Origin: Planctomycetota bacterium
GTDB taxonomy: Bacteria; Planctomycetota; UBA1135; UBA2386
NCBI GenBank assembly: GCA_965228735.1
Contig: OZ245838.1
Span: 7,129,929-7,193,928, forward strand
Length of the DNA: 64,000 nucleotides
Direction of reading: 5' to 3'
Below, in pieces: positions 19,329 through 29,807 of the stretch. A model generated the notes under the pieces. It worked only from the letters and a program-made list of their open reading frames with translations. It had not been told where the DNA came from and made no database searches. Position numbers and translations under genes: made by a program. Numbering within the stretch: the stretch's first letter is position 1; the number at the start of each line of letters is the position of its first letter.

Positions 19329-19513
19329 CTGCCTCGTCTTCGGGAGTTTGCTGGCGCGAGCGTCGCCCGGGAACGTGGGGTGCGGCGCGGCTCGGGCGGA
19401 ACGCCCGGAGGGAAATCGTCGCGGCATATCGGTTCGCGTTTGGCGTCACCGGCATCACGCGTGTTCTCGCGGTTTTCCGCACCCTCTGCCCGCGTTCGCG
19501 CATCCTGTTCGAT

Positions 19514-20050
19514 GTGACCCGAACCTTCGAGCACGACGACCCCATCGCGCGCTCCGGACGAAGCGATCCGCTGTCGCCCGCCTGGTTGGACCGCCATCGC
19601 GATCGCGTTTACTGGTACCTGCGGTTCTTGCGCTGTCCGCACGACCTCAGTGAAGACCTGACGCAGGACGCCCTGCACCGCGGCTGGCGAAATCACGAAC
19701 CGCTCGCCGGGGATGAGCGGACCGCCGATGCCTGGCTGCGCACGACGGCGCGCAATCTGTACTTCGAACACCTCCGTCGCATGCGGCGGCGCATCGAGTT
19801 CGAGGACACCGACATGCTCGAGCGCGTCTGGCAGGAGGAGGTCGAAGCCGATTCACGACGCCATGCGCTGGGCACGTGCCTGGATGCGCTCGGCGGGCGG
19901 GCGCGGCGCGCGTTGGAGATGCACTACGTCGAAGGCCAGGGCCGCGAGGCGATCGGCCGTGAGCTCGGCATCGGCGTTCATGGCGTCAAGAGCATGTTGC
20001 GCCGGCTGCGGCAGAGCCTGAAGGAATGCACCGAGAGGAGACTGCGATGA
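19514..20050 (+). CDS. ECF sigma factor
   Basis: EDLTQDAL, AWLRTTARN, EAIGRELGIGVHGVKSMLRRLR. Confidence 0.88.
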   Translation: MTRTFEHDDPIARSGRSDPLSPAWLDRHRDRVYWYLRFLRCPHDLSEDLTQDALHRGWRNHEPLAGDERTADAWLRTTARNLYFEHLRRMRRRIEFEDTDMLERVWQEEVEADSRRHALGTCLDALGGRARRALEMHYVEGQGREAIGRELGIGVHGVKSMLRRLRQSLKECTERRLR

Positions 20051-21777
20051 AGATCGACGAAACGGTGTGCCGCGATGCGGCGTTCGATGTGTTGCTGGCA
20101 CGCACGCTCGCCGCAGGGCGTCGCACCGACGTGGCCGCGGCAGTCCGAGCGGACCACCCGCGACCCGCGCGGCAGAACCTCCTGCAGACGCTGGCCATCG
20201 TCGCCGGTATCGCGGTCGTCGTCCTCACCGCGTGGCGATCGTCCCTGCCCGCATCCCCGGTCCAGGACCCGCAGCGCCCGCTTCGCGAGATCACGTTGCA
20301 GGATGCGGAGCACCTGCGGCGTCTCGCCGACGACGTGCACGATGCGTTCGCGCAGTTCGTCCAGGTCGTGACCATTCGCTTCCCGATCGGCCGCCAGTTC
20401 GGCCAGCAGGTCGACTTCGTCGAAGTACCGGACGCACGAATCGAGGTTGCGAACGGTGCGGCGTTGGCCCGCGAACTGGCCACCGCATTCGCCAGACCGC
20501 GCGATGCATCGGCCTCGCACCAGGACGCGCTGCTCGATCTCCACCTGCCCGTCGATGACGATCGATGCATCGTGGTGCGTTGCCACCGGACCGGCGGCAA
20601 GGTGTCGATCTCGACCGTCGGACTCGGCCTGCGGCACGTCGACGGCGAACTCGCGAACCGCGTGCGGGAGTGGATGAACCGCGCCAAGGAAGCTGCCGCC
20701 CCGACGTTCGTCTTCGCGACGACCGCGCCGGACCTGCGCAATGCACCCGAGACCGTCACTCAGCTAATCGGCTACGGGGTCGACGACGAGGCGCTGCCTG
20801 CCACCAAGCACATGCCGTTGCTGCAGCGCGTCAGGCTCGTCGGCCGCCACACCGACGAGTACCCGCAGGACTACGTCGGCGTCGAGCTGTCGGCCACCGG
20901 GTTGGCAGAGCTGGCCGCGTGCCCACGGATCACGCACCTGCACCTCGAGAGCGCTGTCCTCGATGATCGCGCGCTCGGCATCGTTGCCGGGTTCGCCGAT
21001 CTGCGTGAACTGGTCATCGATGACGGCCGTCGTTGCACGTTCGGCCGCGGGGGAATCGCCCTGTTGGCCAACCTGCCGCGCCTCCGCAGCGTGCACATCG
21101 ACGGTTGCGACGGCCTGACCGACAGCGCGCTGGCGGCGCTGGCGCGCAGCCGCACTCTCACGGAGGTTCGACTCGTGGACTGCAATCGCGTGAGCGGGCG
21201 TGGTATCCGGGCCCTGCTCGGGGCGACGGCACTGCGTCGACTCGAGCTCGTTCGCGTCGATGTCAGCGGCGACGACGACGAGGTCGACACCGATGCATCG
21301 GGGCTGCGCGAGCTCGAGCTCGTCAAGTGCACCGGCCGCTTCTCGGCCTGGGAGGTGACCCCGAACATCGCCCGCCTGAGCCTCTCCGACCAATCGCTCG
21401 ACGCCGGCGGGATCGAGTCGCTGTGTCGACTGCCGCTGCGGGAGCTGAGGATCTCGCGTTGTCCGGGCGCCGCGCCGCACCTCGAGCGACTGGCGGCGCT
21501 GCCGCGTCTGGAGTCGCTGACGATCCTGGGCATGCGCGCCGGTGCGGATTGGCCGTCGACGTTCGCGAAGCTGCGTCACGCCGAGTCGCTGCGTCGACTG
21601 AGCCTGGTGCAGAACGGGCTGGCCGATGACCACGCCGTGCACCTGCGCCACCTGCAGCAGCTCGACCGGCTCGACCTGAGATACAACCAGATCCGGCCGA
21701 AGCGGCTCGACGAGCTGCGGCAGTGGCTGCCGGGCGTCGCTGTGTTCGGCGACGATTCCCGAGCTGGACCCAAGTGA
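20047..21777 (+). CDS. Putative anti-sigma factor: TM helix plus leucine-rich repeats
   Basis: ATGA overlap with the ECF gene; TM segment; LxxLxL repeats. Confidence 0.75.
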   Translation: MKIDETVCRDAAFDVLLARTLAAGRRTDVAAAVRADHPRPARQNLLQTLAIVAGIAVVVLTAWRSSLPASPVQDPQRPLREITLQDAEHLRRLADDVHDAFAQFVQVVTIRFPIGRQFGQQVDFVEVPDARIEVANGAALARELATAFARPRDASASHQDALLDLHLPVDDDRCIVVRCHRTGGKVSISTVGLGLRHVDGELANRVREWMNRAKEAAAPTFVFATTAPDLRNAPETVTQLIGYGVDDEALPATKHMPLLQRVRLVGRHTDEYPQDYVGVELSATGLAELAACPRITHLHLESAVLDDRALGIVAGFADLRELVIDDGRRCTFGRGGIALLANLPRLRSVHIDGCDGLTDSALAALARSRTLTEVRLVDCNRVSGRGIRALLGATALRRLELVRVDVSGDDDEVDTDASGLRELELVKCTGRFSAWEVTPNIARLSLSDQSLDAGGIESLCRLPLRELRISRCPGAAPHLERLAALPRLESLTILGMRAGADWPSTFAKLRHAESLRRLSLVQNGLADDHAVHLRHLQQLDRLDLRYNQIRPKRLDELRQWLPGVAVFGDDSRAGPK

Positions 21778-21954
21778 GGCGAACTCGCGAACCCTTCGTC
21801 GCAGCGACGGCAGCGTTGGCTCTGGGAGGGGCGCACCTGTCTTGATGGTCTCACCAGCCAAGCGAATCCACCATGCTCTCCTTGGGGCGTTCTTCGGAAT
21901 GGGCTGGTCGTGGGGGAGCCCGGTGGCGCGGACCGGCGAAGCGGCCGCGCGGCA

Positions 21955-22518
21955 TCACTGCGCTGTCGGCGGCAGCGGCTCGGGCACCTTGTTGACGATG
22001 GCCGGGATCGACTGCAGGAACGCGAACACCGCGCGCAGGTCGGCATCCGTCAGTTGGCGGATCATCTCGTACGGCATCGGGGGCAGGATCTGACGCCCGC
22101 GACCCTGGTGCCGGCCGGTGCGCATGGCGGCGATGAACTCGTCGCCGGTCCAGCTGCCGAGGCCGGTCTCCGCGTCGGGCGTCAGGTTGGCGGTGTAGCT
22201 CGTCCCCCACGGGCCGCTCCACGCCGTCATCGTGCCGGCGACCGCCGTCGGCCACTCCGGCGTGCCGCGCGGTGCCGGCGGCAACTCGACGTCGTTCGGG
22301 TGGCCGGAGAGCATGCGCGCCATGTCGGGCGCCGGGCCGTGCGGCCCCAGGTGCCACGGCGTGTGGCAGTCGTTGCACCCCATCGCGGTGACGAGATAGC
22401 GCCCCCGGTCGACGGGATCGTGGTGCTCCGCGCGCGGCGCCAGCGAGAAGCCGACGGTGCCCGCGACGAGGGTGAGAGCCAGGGAGGAGACTAGAATCTT
22501 GGTCATCATGTTCTGCAT
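21955..22518 (-). CDS. Secreted c-type cytochrome
   Basis: Signal peptide; RGRYLV..GCNDCHTP; ANLTPDAETGLGSW; PPMP. Confidence 0.85.
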   Translation of the reverse strand: MQNMMTKILVSSLALTLVAGTVGFSLAPRAEHHDPVDRGRYLVTAMGCNDCHTPWHLGPHGPAPDMARMLSGHPNDVELPPAPRGTPEWPTAVAGTMTAWSGPWGTSYTANLTPDAETGLGSWTGDEFIAAMRTGRHQGRGRQILPPMPYEMIRQLTDADLRAVFAFLQSIPAIVNKVPEPLPPTAQ

Positions 22519-23609
22519 CAGGGTTTCTTTCTGTTGGTGAGGTTGGTTTCGAGGCGGCGGTCGCCGTCCAGGTCGTCGCGGATCCAGCGCTCGATGAGTT
22601 GCACCGCGACGGGGTCCGTCAGGTGGCGACCGAACGGTGGCATCTGCGTGATCGGGTCGTCCGCGGCGATGCGCAGCGCGAGGACCGAGTGTTCCGGGGC
22701 ACCGGCGGCGACCCGCAGGCGGTTCCCCGGCCGTTCGAAGCGACTCGCGACGGCCAGCGTCGTGACGATGGCGGGCGCCGGCCCACGGTGCGACAGCGGG
22801 AAATCCAACCGGAGGCCGAGGCGGCGCAGCGGACCGGCGTCGTTGTGACAGTTCGCGCAGTTGCCGTGCAGGTAGCCGAGCGCGGCCCGCTCGACGGCGC
22901 TCCGGCCGTCGATGCGCGGCGGCTGCCGCAGCCACTCGGCGGCCAGCCCGGTGAGGAGCCCGCGGTCCACGAGCGCGCGAAGGCCGACGTCTCCGGGACG
23001 CCGCGGTTCGCCGTTCGGGGCGAGCGGGTCGACATCGTCGGAGAGCTGCAGGGCCGAGAAGCCGAGCACGGGCGAACGGCCGGCCTCGTGGCACGCGCGG
23101 CAGTCCGCGAGCGACGGCAGATCGTGGTGCCGATCGCCGCGCGTGCGGCAGGCATCGCGCACACCCCCGTCGGACGCGAGCTCGGCCGTTGCGCCATCGA
23201 CCGCCCAGAGATACGTCGCGTAGCGCCACGTGCCGTCGGCCAGCAGCTCCATGAACCTCGTCTCGACCGGGCGACCGAAGTCGAACTGCTTCCAGATCTT
23301 CGTGCCGACGGGGAACTGCCAATCGTCGACGGCGCTCGCGTCGATGCTCAGCCCCGGCGGCAGGGCGATGTAGCGGCGCTTGACCGCGCCGTCCGTCCAC
23401 AGCGGATACTGCGGCGTGAACGTCAGCACCCCGGCCTGGATCGTGCGGCTCGCGAAGTCCGCGTAGAGCCCGGTGTCGGCCAGCCGCGCCGGCGCGGTCA
23501 CGGCCTGGTCCGGCCGCGGCGGTGCGCAGCCCGCCAGCAGGCCGACCAGGACCGCGGCGATGGCGCGGCCGGACCGGGTCTCGGGCGACGGCAGTGGTCG
23601 GTTGGACAT
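22518..23609 (-). CDS. Diheme c-type cytochrome lipoprotein (SO2930-like)
   Basis: Lipobox LLAGC; PLWTDGAVKRR, FPVGT; CRACH and YLHGNCANCH; QMPP. Confidence 0.8.
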   Translation of the reverse strand: MSNRPLPSPETRSGRAIAAVLVGLLAGCAPPRPDQAVTAPARLADTGLYADFASRTIQAGVLTFTPQYPLWTDGAVKRRYIALPPGLSIDASAVDDWQFPVGTKIWKQFDFGRPVETRFMELLADGTWRYATYLWAVDGATAELASDGGVRDACRTRGDRHHDLPSLADCRACHEAGRSPVLGFSALQLSDDVDPLAPNGEPRRPGDVGLRALVDRGLLTGLAAEWLRQPPRIDGRSAVERAALGYLHGNCANCHNDAGPLRRLGLRLDFPLSHRGPAPAIVTTLAVASRFERPGNRLRVAAGAPEHSVLALRIAADDPITQMPPFGRHLTDPVAVQLIERWIRDDLDGDRRLETNLTNRKKP

Positions 23610-23694
23610 GCCGTTCCGAGTGCCCGGCCGACGAATCCGTCACACCGACGTCACGGTTTTTCTGGGGACCCGGTCGCCGTTACGATCCACGTTC

Positions 23695-24309
23695 GTGACC
23701 GACGGCCCGATCGCCAGCGCAACAACGGCAGAGCTCGTGGCCGCGGCCCGGCAGCAGGACCGACCGGCGATCGAACAGCTGTTGATCCGTCATCTGCCGG
23801 GGCTGGAGGCGTTCGTCCGGCTGCGGATGGGCGCCCGGCTGCGCGGCCTCATGACGGCCCCGGACCTCGTGCAGTCCGTGTGCCGCGAGGTGCTCGAGGA
23901 CCTCACCGCGTTCGAGTTCCGCGGCGAGGCGCCGTTCCGGCATTGGCTGTACGTCCGCGCCGAGAACAAAATGCGGGCGCGCCACCGCTACCATCGCGCG
24001 AGCAAACGCAACCAGGAGAACGAGGTCGCGTTGCCCGAACCGAGCCAGCTCGCGGCGACGTACCGCGGCGTCTGCACGCCGAGCCAGGACCTCGAGGCGC
24101 GGGAGACGATGGAGCGCGTCGAGGCCGCGTTCGACCAACTGCCCGACGACTACCGCGAGGCGGTCATCCTCCACAAGCTGTGCGGCCTGTCGCACAAAGA
24201 GATCGCCGAACGCATGCAGCGCAGCGAAGGCGCGGTCCGCAACCTGGTGTACCGCGGCATCTCGCGACTGGCGCTGCTCGTCGACGACGACATCACCGCG
24301 TCGGATTGA
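23695..24309 (+). CDS. ECF sigma factor (kinase-associated type)
   Basis: DLVQSVCREV, FRHWL, TPSQ, LPDDYREAVIL..EIAERMQRSEGAVRNL. Confidence 0.9.
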   Translation: MTDGPIASATTAELVAAARQQDRPAIEQLLIRHLPGLEAFVRLRMGARLRGLMTAPDLVQSVCREVLEDLTAFEFRGEAPFRHWLYVRAENKMRARHRYHRASKRNQENEVALPEPSQLAATYRGVCTPSQDLEARETMERVEAAFDQLPDDYREAVILHKLCGLSHKEIAERMQRSEGAVRNLVYRGISRLALLVDDDITASD

Positions 24310-26956
24310 CGCGGGCCGCGAGGCGCTGCAGCAGTTCCCCGAACTCGGGAAGTCCGCGCAGCGGATCGTAGACGCGGTCGTTGAACGCGCTGCCCGAGCC
24401 CCAACCGAGGGCCTCGGCCGCGAGCAGGTTCGCCATCGCCTCGCGCACGAACCGCTCCCGACGAACGCCGCTGCCCTCCGGCTGCGGCACGATGGCATCG
24501 AGCACCGCAACGCACCGCAGCCAGAGCCGCGCGCTGCGCCGGCGCGCGACCGGTCGATCGGCGAGCTCGGCGAGCTCGCCGGCCGTGACCTCGAGCGCAT
24601 CGAGCCGGCCCATCTGCGCGAGCGTCGAGCCCCGCACGGTGAGGTGGTTCATGAGGTAGTCGCTCGCCTGTTCGAACGTCGGCATCGCCGCGAGCACCTC
24701 GCGCTGCAGTGTGACCGCGCGTCCGAGCAGCTCCAACGACTCTTCGTCCCGCGCCTGCCGGTAGTAGAGGTTGGCGAGGTTGTGCAACGCGCCCGCGAGG
24801 TCGCTCTTCAACATGACGTCGCTCGGGTGTTCGCGCAGGACCGCCTCGCGCAACGCGACGGCCTCGAGCAGCGGCGCCGACGCGCGCTCGTCGCGGCGCG
24901 CCACGTGCAGGTTGCCGATCGACGTGAGCACGACGCTGACGAGGAACGGCTGCGGCGGCCAGATCGTCGCGTCCGCGGGGATCTCGCGCGCGTTCGCGAG
25001 CCCCTCGTCGAGGAGCGCGAGCGCGTCGTCGTGGCGACCGGTCCGCGTCAGCAACGTGCCGAAGTTGTCGAGCACGTCGACGAGCACCTGCCGGTCCGCG
25101 GCATCGAAGGGCCGCTCGGCGCAGATTGCCCGAGCCTGCAGGAGCGCCGCGCGATACTCGCGTTCCATCCGATCGCCCTCGACCAGATGGTCGCCGATCG
25201 CGGCCGCCGCGAGGCAGCGCTGGACGTCGACGCGCCGCCGATCCAGTTCGAACTCGGGATGGTGCGCGAGCACCGCGAGATCGGCCACGACCGCGTCGAG
25301 CGCCAGCTCCGCCGCCGGCCGATCGCCGCGCTGGACCGCGTTCCGGGCGATTCCGAGGTGAACGTACGAACGGGCGTTGACGAACGATGCCGGGATGTCG
25401 TTCGACCCGTTGCCCAGCACCCGGAGCCCCTCGCGCAGGGCGGCCCGTGCGCCGGCTTCGTCCCCGTCACGCACGAGCAGGTCCGCATACCGGTAGAGCG
25501 CCTTCGCGGCGTCGACGCGCAGACTCGCGTGACCCGGGTGATCGCGCAGCAGGCGGTCGTACATGTTGCAGGCATCGCGCAGCGATGCGATCGCCATGCC
25601 GCGCGCCGCCGGCACGTAGCGCAGGCGGTCCTCGCCGACGCGGACGAGCAGCGACTCGATCGCGTCGAGGGTCGTTCCGAGGCTGCGGTCGGCCTGCTCG
25701 ACCGCGCTCTGCAGGTCGCGGTTGATGCCGCGTTCACGCCACGCAACGACGGCCGGCAGCAGGGCTCCGACGACCACGATGCACGCGATGATCGTCGCGG
25801 CGGCACGATGCCGCTGACTCCAACGCAACAGCCGCAGTCCCGGTCCCGGGTCGCGCGCCCGGATCGGCCGCCGCGCGAGGATCGCCTGCAGGTCGTCGAG
25901 GAACGCCTGCATGTCCGGGTAGCGCCGGTCGCGCTCGATGTCCATCGCGACGCGCAGCACGATCACGAGCTCGCGCGGCAGATCGCGGTTGTGGAGCCGC
26001 GGGTTCGCCTTCTCGCCGGCCAGGACCCTGGACGGATCGTCCCCCGGCGCGAACGGCGGCATCAGCGTCACGAGCTGCCACAACGTCGCGCCGAGCGAAT
26101 AGACGTCGGTCCGCTCGTCGACGGCGTCGCCGCGGAGCTGCTCCGGCGACATGAACGCGGGCGAGCCGAGCGCGTGGCCCGTGCGCGTCAGGTCACTGCC
26201 GACGCCGACTCGCGCGACGCCGAAGTCGAGCAGGACGGCGCGACCGTCCGTCGTGAGCATCACGTTCGAGGGTTTGATGTCACGATGCACGATGCCGCGC
26301 ATGTGCGCGTGGCGGACGCCGATCGCGACCGCGTGCACGACGTGGACGGCGGCCTGCCACCACGGCCCGGAGTACGGCGACGGCATCGCGCCGGCCACGC
26401 CGAGCGCGGTCCACAGGTCGTCCCCGGTCAGCGTCGCCGGGTCGCGCCCTGCGACCGCCGCCGTCACCTCGTGCAGCGTACGGCCGGGCAGCAGTTCCAT
26501 CGCGTAGTACGGGATCCCGTCCTGTTCGCCGGACGCGAGGATGGGCACGATCGCGGGATGTGACAGCCGGGCGACGGCTTCGATCTCCCGGCGGAACCGC
26601 TCGCGTGCGCCCTCGAAATAGAGCAGCTCAGGCCGCACGACCTTGAGCGCGACCGGCCGATCGAGCGAGAGCTGTCGGGCCTCGTAGACGACTCCCATGC
26701 CGCCGCTGCCGAGCCGGCGCAGCAGGCGGAACTCCCCGAGGCGATCGGGGAAGTCGGCGCGCTCGGCGGGACCAGCGAGCCCCATCTGCAGCGCGCGCTG
26801 CAGACCGCGCTCGAGCGCCGCGCGGTGGGTCGGATGAGCGTCGACGAAGCGCTGCAGCGCCGCGTCACCGCCGACGTCGAACGCAGCCAGCGCGCCGGCG
26901 AGCAACTCTTCGAGCCGTTCGGGAACGGGCGTGGGCATCGGGTCGGCCGTGATCAT
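24293..26956 (-). CDS. Ser/Thr protein kinase with TM helix and TPR-like repeats
   Basis: GSGGMGVV, VALK, HRDIKPSN, DFG, FMSPEQ, DVYSLG. Confidence 0.95.
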   Translation of the reverse strand: MITADPMPTPVPERLEELLAGALAAFDVGGDAALQRFVDAHPTHRAALERGLQRALQMGLAGPAERADFPDRLGEFRLLRRLGSGGMGVVYEARQLSLDRPVALKVVRPELLYFEGARERFRREIEAVARLSHPAIVPILASGEQDGIPYYAMELLPGRTLHEVTAAVAGRDPATLTGDDLWTALGVAGAMPSPYSGPWWQAAVHVVHAVAIGVRHAHMRGIVHRDIKPSNVMLTTDGRAVLLDFGVARVGVGSDLTRTGHALGSPAFMSPEQLRGDAVDERTDVYSLGATLWQLVTLMPPFAPGDDPSRVLAGEKANPRLHNRDLPRELVIVLRVAMDIERDRRYPDMQAFLDDLQAILARRPIRARDPGPGLRLLRWSQRHRAAATIIACIVVVGALLPAVVAWRERGINRDLQSAVEQADRSLGTTLDAIESLLVRVGEDRLRYVPAARGMAIASLRDACNMYDRLLRDHPGHASLRVDAAKALYRYADLLVRDGDEAGARAALREGLRVLGNGSNDIPASFVNARSYVHLGIARNAVQRGDRPAAELALDAVVADLAVLAHHPEFELDRRRVDVQRCLAAAAIGDHLVEGDRMEREYRAALLQARAICAERPFDAADRQVLVDVLDNFGTLLTRTGRHDDALALLDEGLANAREIPADATIWPPQPFLVSVVLTSIGNLHVARRDERASAPLLEAVALREAVLREHPSDVMLKSDLAGALHNLANLYYRQARDEESLELLGRAVTLQREVLAAMPTFEQASDYLMNHLTVRGSTLAQMGRLDALEVTAGELAELADRPVARRRSARLWLRCVAVLDAIVPQPEGSGVRRERFVREAMANLLAAEALGWGSGSAFNDRVYDPLRGLPEFGELLQRLAARVNPTR

Positions 26957-27068
26957 AGCGCCGTGGGGCGGACCGGAAACCAGCGGGCACCGCCCGCACG
27001 GCGGGGCCACCCGAGGAAGTCGCACCGCCGGTGGGACGATCGGCCCGCCCCGGAACCCGTGCGCCGGC

Positions 27069-28490
27069 CTACCGGCCCGCGCCGAACGCCGGCGGCGGCG
27101 CGACCAGCCGGGTGACGCCGGCCGCCTCGCCCGCGAGGAACCGCGCGATCGTGGGCACGACGTCCGGGTGATCGAAGAACAGGTTGTGCCCGCCGTTCTC
27201 CACCGTCACGAGGGTGCCGTGCTCGAGCCGCTGCGCGAGCTCCTGGTGCGACTCGACGTAGGTGCGCCCATCGAGCGTGCCGCTCAGGATCAGCGTCGGG
27301 CGATCGCCGGCCGACGGCGCGCGGAACGCGTCGTCGAGCTCGAGCCCGCCGACGACGCCGCGCAGGTGCGGCATCGGGAAGTTGAGCGCGTCGTCGAGCA
27401 GCGCGCTTCGCCGCTGCTCCTCGACGACCGCGAGCCGCGCTGCCGAGATGCCCGACGCCAGATCCATCGCTTCGGGCATGCCGCGCAGCCGGATCGCGGT
27501 CGGCGAGATCCATCCCAGCCATCGCCCGAACCAGGCGAAGTCACCGTCCGCGGCGCGATCGATCGCGCCGAGCAACGTCGCGATGTCGTCGGGGTCGGCG
27601 ATCGAGTAGCCGATGGCGATCTGCATGTCGAACCGCCCGAGCACGCGCGCGCCCCCGGCGCTGCCGCGGCGTCGCAATGCGAACTCCGGCCGGTCGCGGT
27701 CGCAGCGGGCGAGCGCCGCGGCGATGCGCCCGGCGACGTCGGGAAAGCGCGCCTTCGCCGCCGGCTCGGCGTCGATCGCGGCCTGCAGCCGGGCGAAGTA
27801 GGCGTCCGTGCGGCGCGGTAGCTTGACCGTCTCGTCCAGACCTTCCGGACTGACGAGCACGACCCGGTCGACGTGGTCGGGAAAGAGCTTCGCGTAGGCG
27901 AGCGCGAGATGCGTGCCGTAGCTGATGCCGAGCAGCGAGAGCCGCTCGACACCGAGCGCCTGCCGGAGGTCGTCGAGATCGCGTGCGCTCTCCGCCGTGG
28001 TGTAACCGCGGATGTCGATTCCCGTCTCGGCCCAGTGCGCGACGGCCTGCCGCATCGCCTCGCGATGGAGTCTGGTCCACAGCGCCCGCGTGCCCGGCTC
28101 GCCGGCCGGGAATCCGACCGACGACGTGAACGCTCCCGGGCCGTCCGAGTCCCCGGTGCCGCGCTGATCGAACGCGATGACGTCGCGATCCTGCATCAGG
28201 GCCGCGAACAGCGGCCACCTGCGGCCGCGTGCCGTCGCGATCCCCGACCCGCCCGGCCCGCCGGCCAGGTAGACCACCGGCGTCAAGTCGGCGTCTTGCT
28301 GCCGGGACGGGAACCTGACGAAGCGCAGCTTCAGGACCCGGCCGTGCTCGGCGGCGCGCCGCTCCGGCACGGTGAAGGTCACGCGCTCGGCGGCGACGGC
28401 GTCGTGGCCGTTGGGCTCGAACTCGATGGGCTCCCGAACCTGGGCCGAGGCCAGGCCGCAGAGCAGACACAGCGCGGGGATCGTTCGCAT
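27069..28490 (-). CDS. Secreted alpha/beta hydrolase (TAP-like peptidase)
   Basis: YLAGGPGGSG, FDQRGTG, GISYGT, GTLD, GGH. Confidence 0.88.
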   Translation of the reverse strand: MRTIPALCLLCGLASAQVREPIEFEPNGHDAVAAERVTFTVPERRAAEHGRVLKLRFVRFPSRQQDADLTPVVYLAGGPGGSGIATARGRRWPLFAALMQDRDVIAFDQRGTGDSDGPGAFTSSVGFPAGEPGTRALWTRLHREAMRQAVAHWAETGIDIRGYTTAESARDLDDLRQALGVERLSLLGISYGTHLALAYAKLFPDHVDRVVLVSPEGLDETVKLPRRTDAYFARLQAAIDAEPAAKARFPDVAGRIAAALARCDRDRPEFALRRRGSAGGARVLGRFDMQIAIGYSIADPDDIATLLGAIDRAADGDFAWFGRWLGWISPTAIRLRGMPEAMDLASGISAARLAVVEEQRRSALLDDALNFPMPHLRGVVGGLELDDAFRAPSAGDRPTLILSGTLDGRTYVESHQELAQRLEHGTLVTVENGGHNLFFDHPDVVPTIARFLAGEAAGVTRLVAPPPAFGAGR

Positions 28491-28541
28491 ATCGGGAGCG
28501 CGAGGCGTTGGATGCGCTAGGGCCTGATGTGGCGCGCGGCG

Positions 28542-29150
28542 TCAGCGGTCCTCGGAGTCCGGCTCGTCCTCGTCGACGATCTCGTCACCGGCGATGTCGA
28601 TGCCGAACCAACCCAGCAGGAAGTCGACGAACTCGCCGGGAGAGACGCCGACGTGCAGACCGACGCCGAGGGACACCTCGGCGTAGACGTCGAACGTGCG
28701 GTGCAAGCGCTGCTCCCAACGCTCCCCCTGGTTGAACAACCGGGTGCGCGGCCGGGCTCCCATCAACGGCACGGGGATCACGTTCGAGAGTGGATCGCTG
28801 ACCGTCAGATAGGGGGGCATCGGTCCGTCGTAGTAGCCTTCGCTCCCGACGAGCGCGACCATCTCCGCGCCCGAGTCCTGGATCCACGACTGCGCCAGCA
28901 CCAGCGCCCCTCGCGAGGTCCGGGTTGCCGTGCCCGCATAGCGGCCATGCAGCGCGTACACGTCCTGCTCGTTGTAGCCGATCACGATGCCGACCGCGTC
29001 CGTCGCTTTCAGCCCGACGTGTGCGCCCGCGCCGGCGCCGACCTCGAACGTCACGATGTCGAGCAGGTCCGCCACGCGGTTCTTGAGGTAGGAGCAGCCC
29101 CCCGTGGCGAGCAGCAGCAGCAGGCAGCCGATCGTGGAGCGCATTCTCAT
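28542..29150 (-). CDS. Lipoprotein of unknown function
   Basis: Lipobox TGGC; NRVADLLDIV and GEFVDFLLGWFGIDIAGD motifs. Confidence 0.7.
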   Translation of the reverse strand: MRMRSTIGCLLLLLATGGCSYLKNRVADLLDIVTFEVGAGAGAHVGLKATDAVGIVIGYNEQDVYALHGRYAGTATRTSRGALVLAQSWIQDSGAEMVALVGSEGYYDGPMPPYLTVSDPLSNVIPVPLMGARPRTRLFNQGERWEQRLHRTFDVYAEVSLGVGLHVGVSPGEFVDFLLGWFGIDIAGDEIVDEDEPDSEDR

Positions 29151-29362
29151 GTCGGACATGGTAGCCGGGTGCCGGCGCAGCGCCGACCGCCTTCGGCGTG
29201 CCGTGTCGGAGCAAGCGATGGCGGGGTTGTTGTCAGCCGACCGACATCGGGAGCGCAACCGCCTGGCGCGATCACCCAGCGGGCGTTCGGTTGCACCGTG
29301 AACGCTCGACTGGGGCCGAGGAGCGACTCGGGGCGCGGTCACGATGACCGGCGTCCGCGCAC

Positions 29363-29453
29363 AAGAACGCCCCGCGGCTCTCAACCGCGAGGCGTTCTCA
29401 TCCGCATCATCTGCGGCGACTGGCTCCCGAGAGCGGTCGTGGATGCGAAGTTC
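29363..29453. repeat. ~90-bp structured repeat, copy 1
   Basis: Shares the 46-bp core aaccgcgaggcgttctcatccgcatcatctgcggcgactggctccc with copies 2 and 3. Confidence 0.95.
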
Positions 29454-29538
29454 GGTTGGAGTGACTGGCGTCCGGAGTCGCCGGTGACATGGGGCGCTCG
29501 CGGCCCAGGTCTCATGCCGGCTTGCGCCCGCGCCGATG

Positions 29539-29558
29539 TGTTATAACATGGTGATAAC
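29539..29558 (+). promoter_or_regulatory. -10 box and palindromic operator of the TA operon
   Basis: TGTTATAACA palindrome plus a second GATAAC half-site directly before the ATG. Confidence 0.55.
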
Positions 29559-29807
29559 ATGACCGACTCCCTCATCGAGCTGCGACTGCGGCGAGTGGGC
29601 AACTCCCTGGGCGTCATCTTGCCCAGGGAGGCGCTCGAGGCCCTCGGCGTCGACGCCAAGGAAGGGGCAAAGCTGGCGCTCGTCCGGTTGCCCGACGGCA
29701 GCGGGCTCGAGCTGCGCCACGAGGACGCGAAGTTCGAGCGCAAGCTCGCCCTGCTGCGCGACACGATGCAGAAGTACAAGAACACGCTCCGGTCGCTGGC
29801 GAAGTGA
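29559..29807 (+). CDS. AbrB/MazE-fold antitoxin
   Basis: LRRVGNSLGVILP; overlaps the start of doc. Confidence 0.9.
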   Translation: MTDSLIELRLRRVGNSLGVILPREALEALGVDAKEGAKLALVRLPDGSGLELRHEDAKFERKLALLRDTMQKYKNTLRSLAK

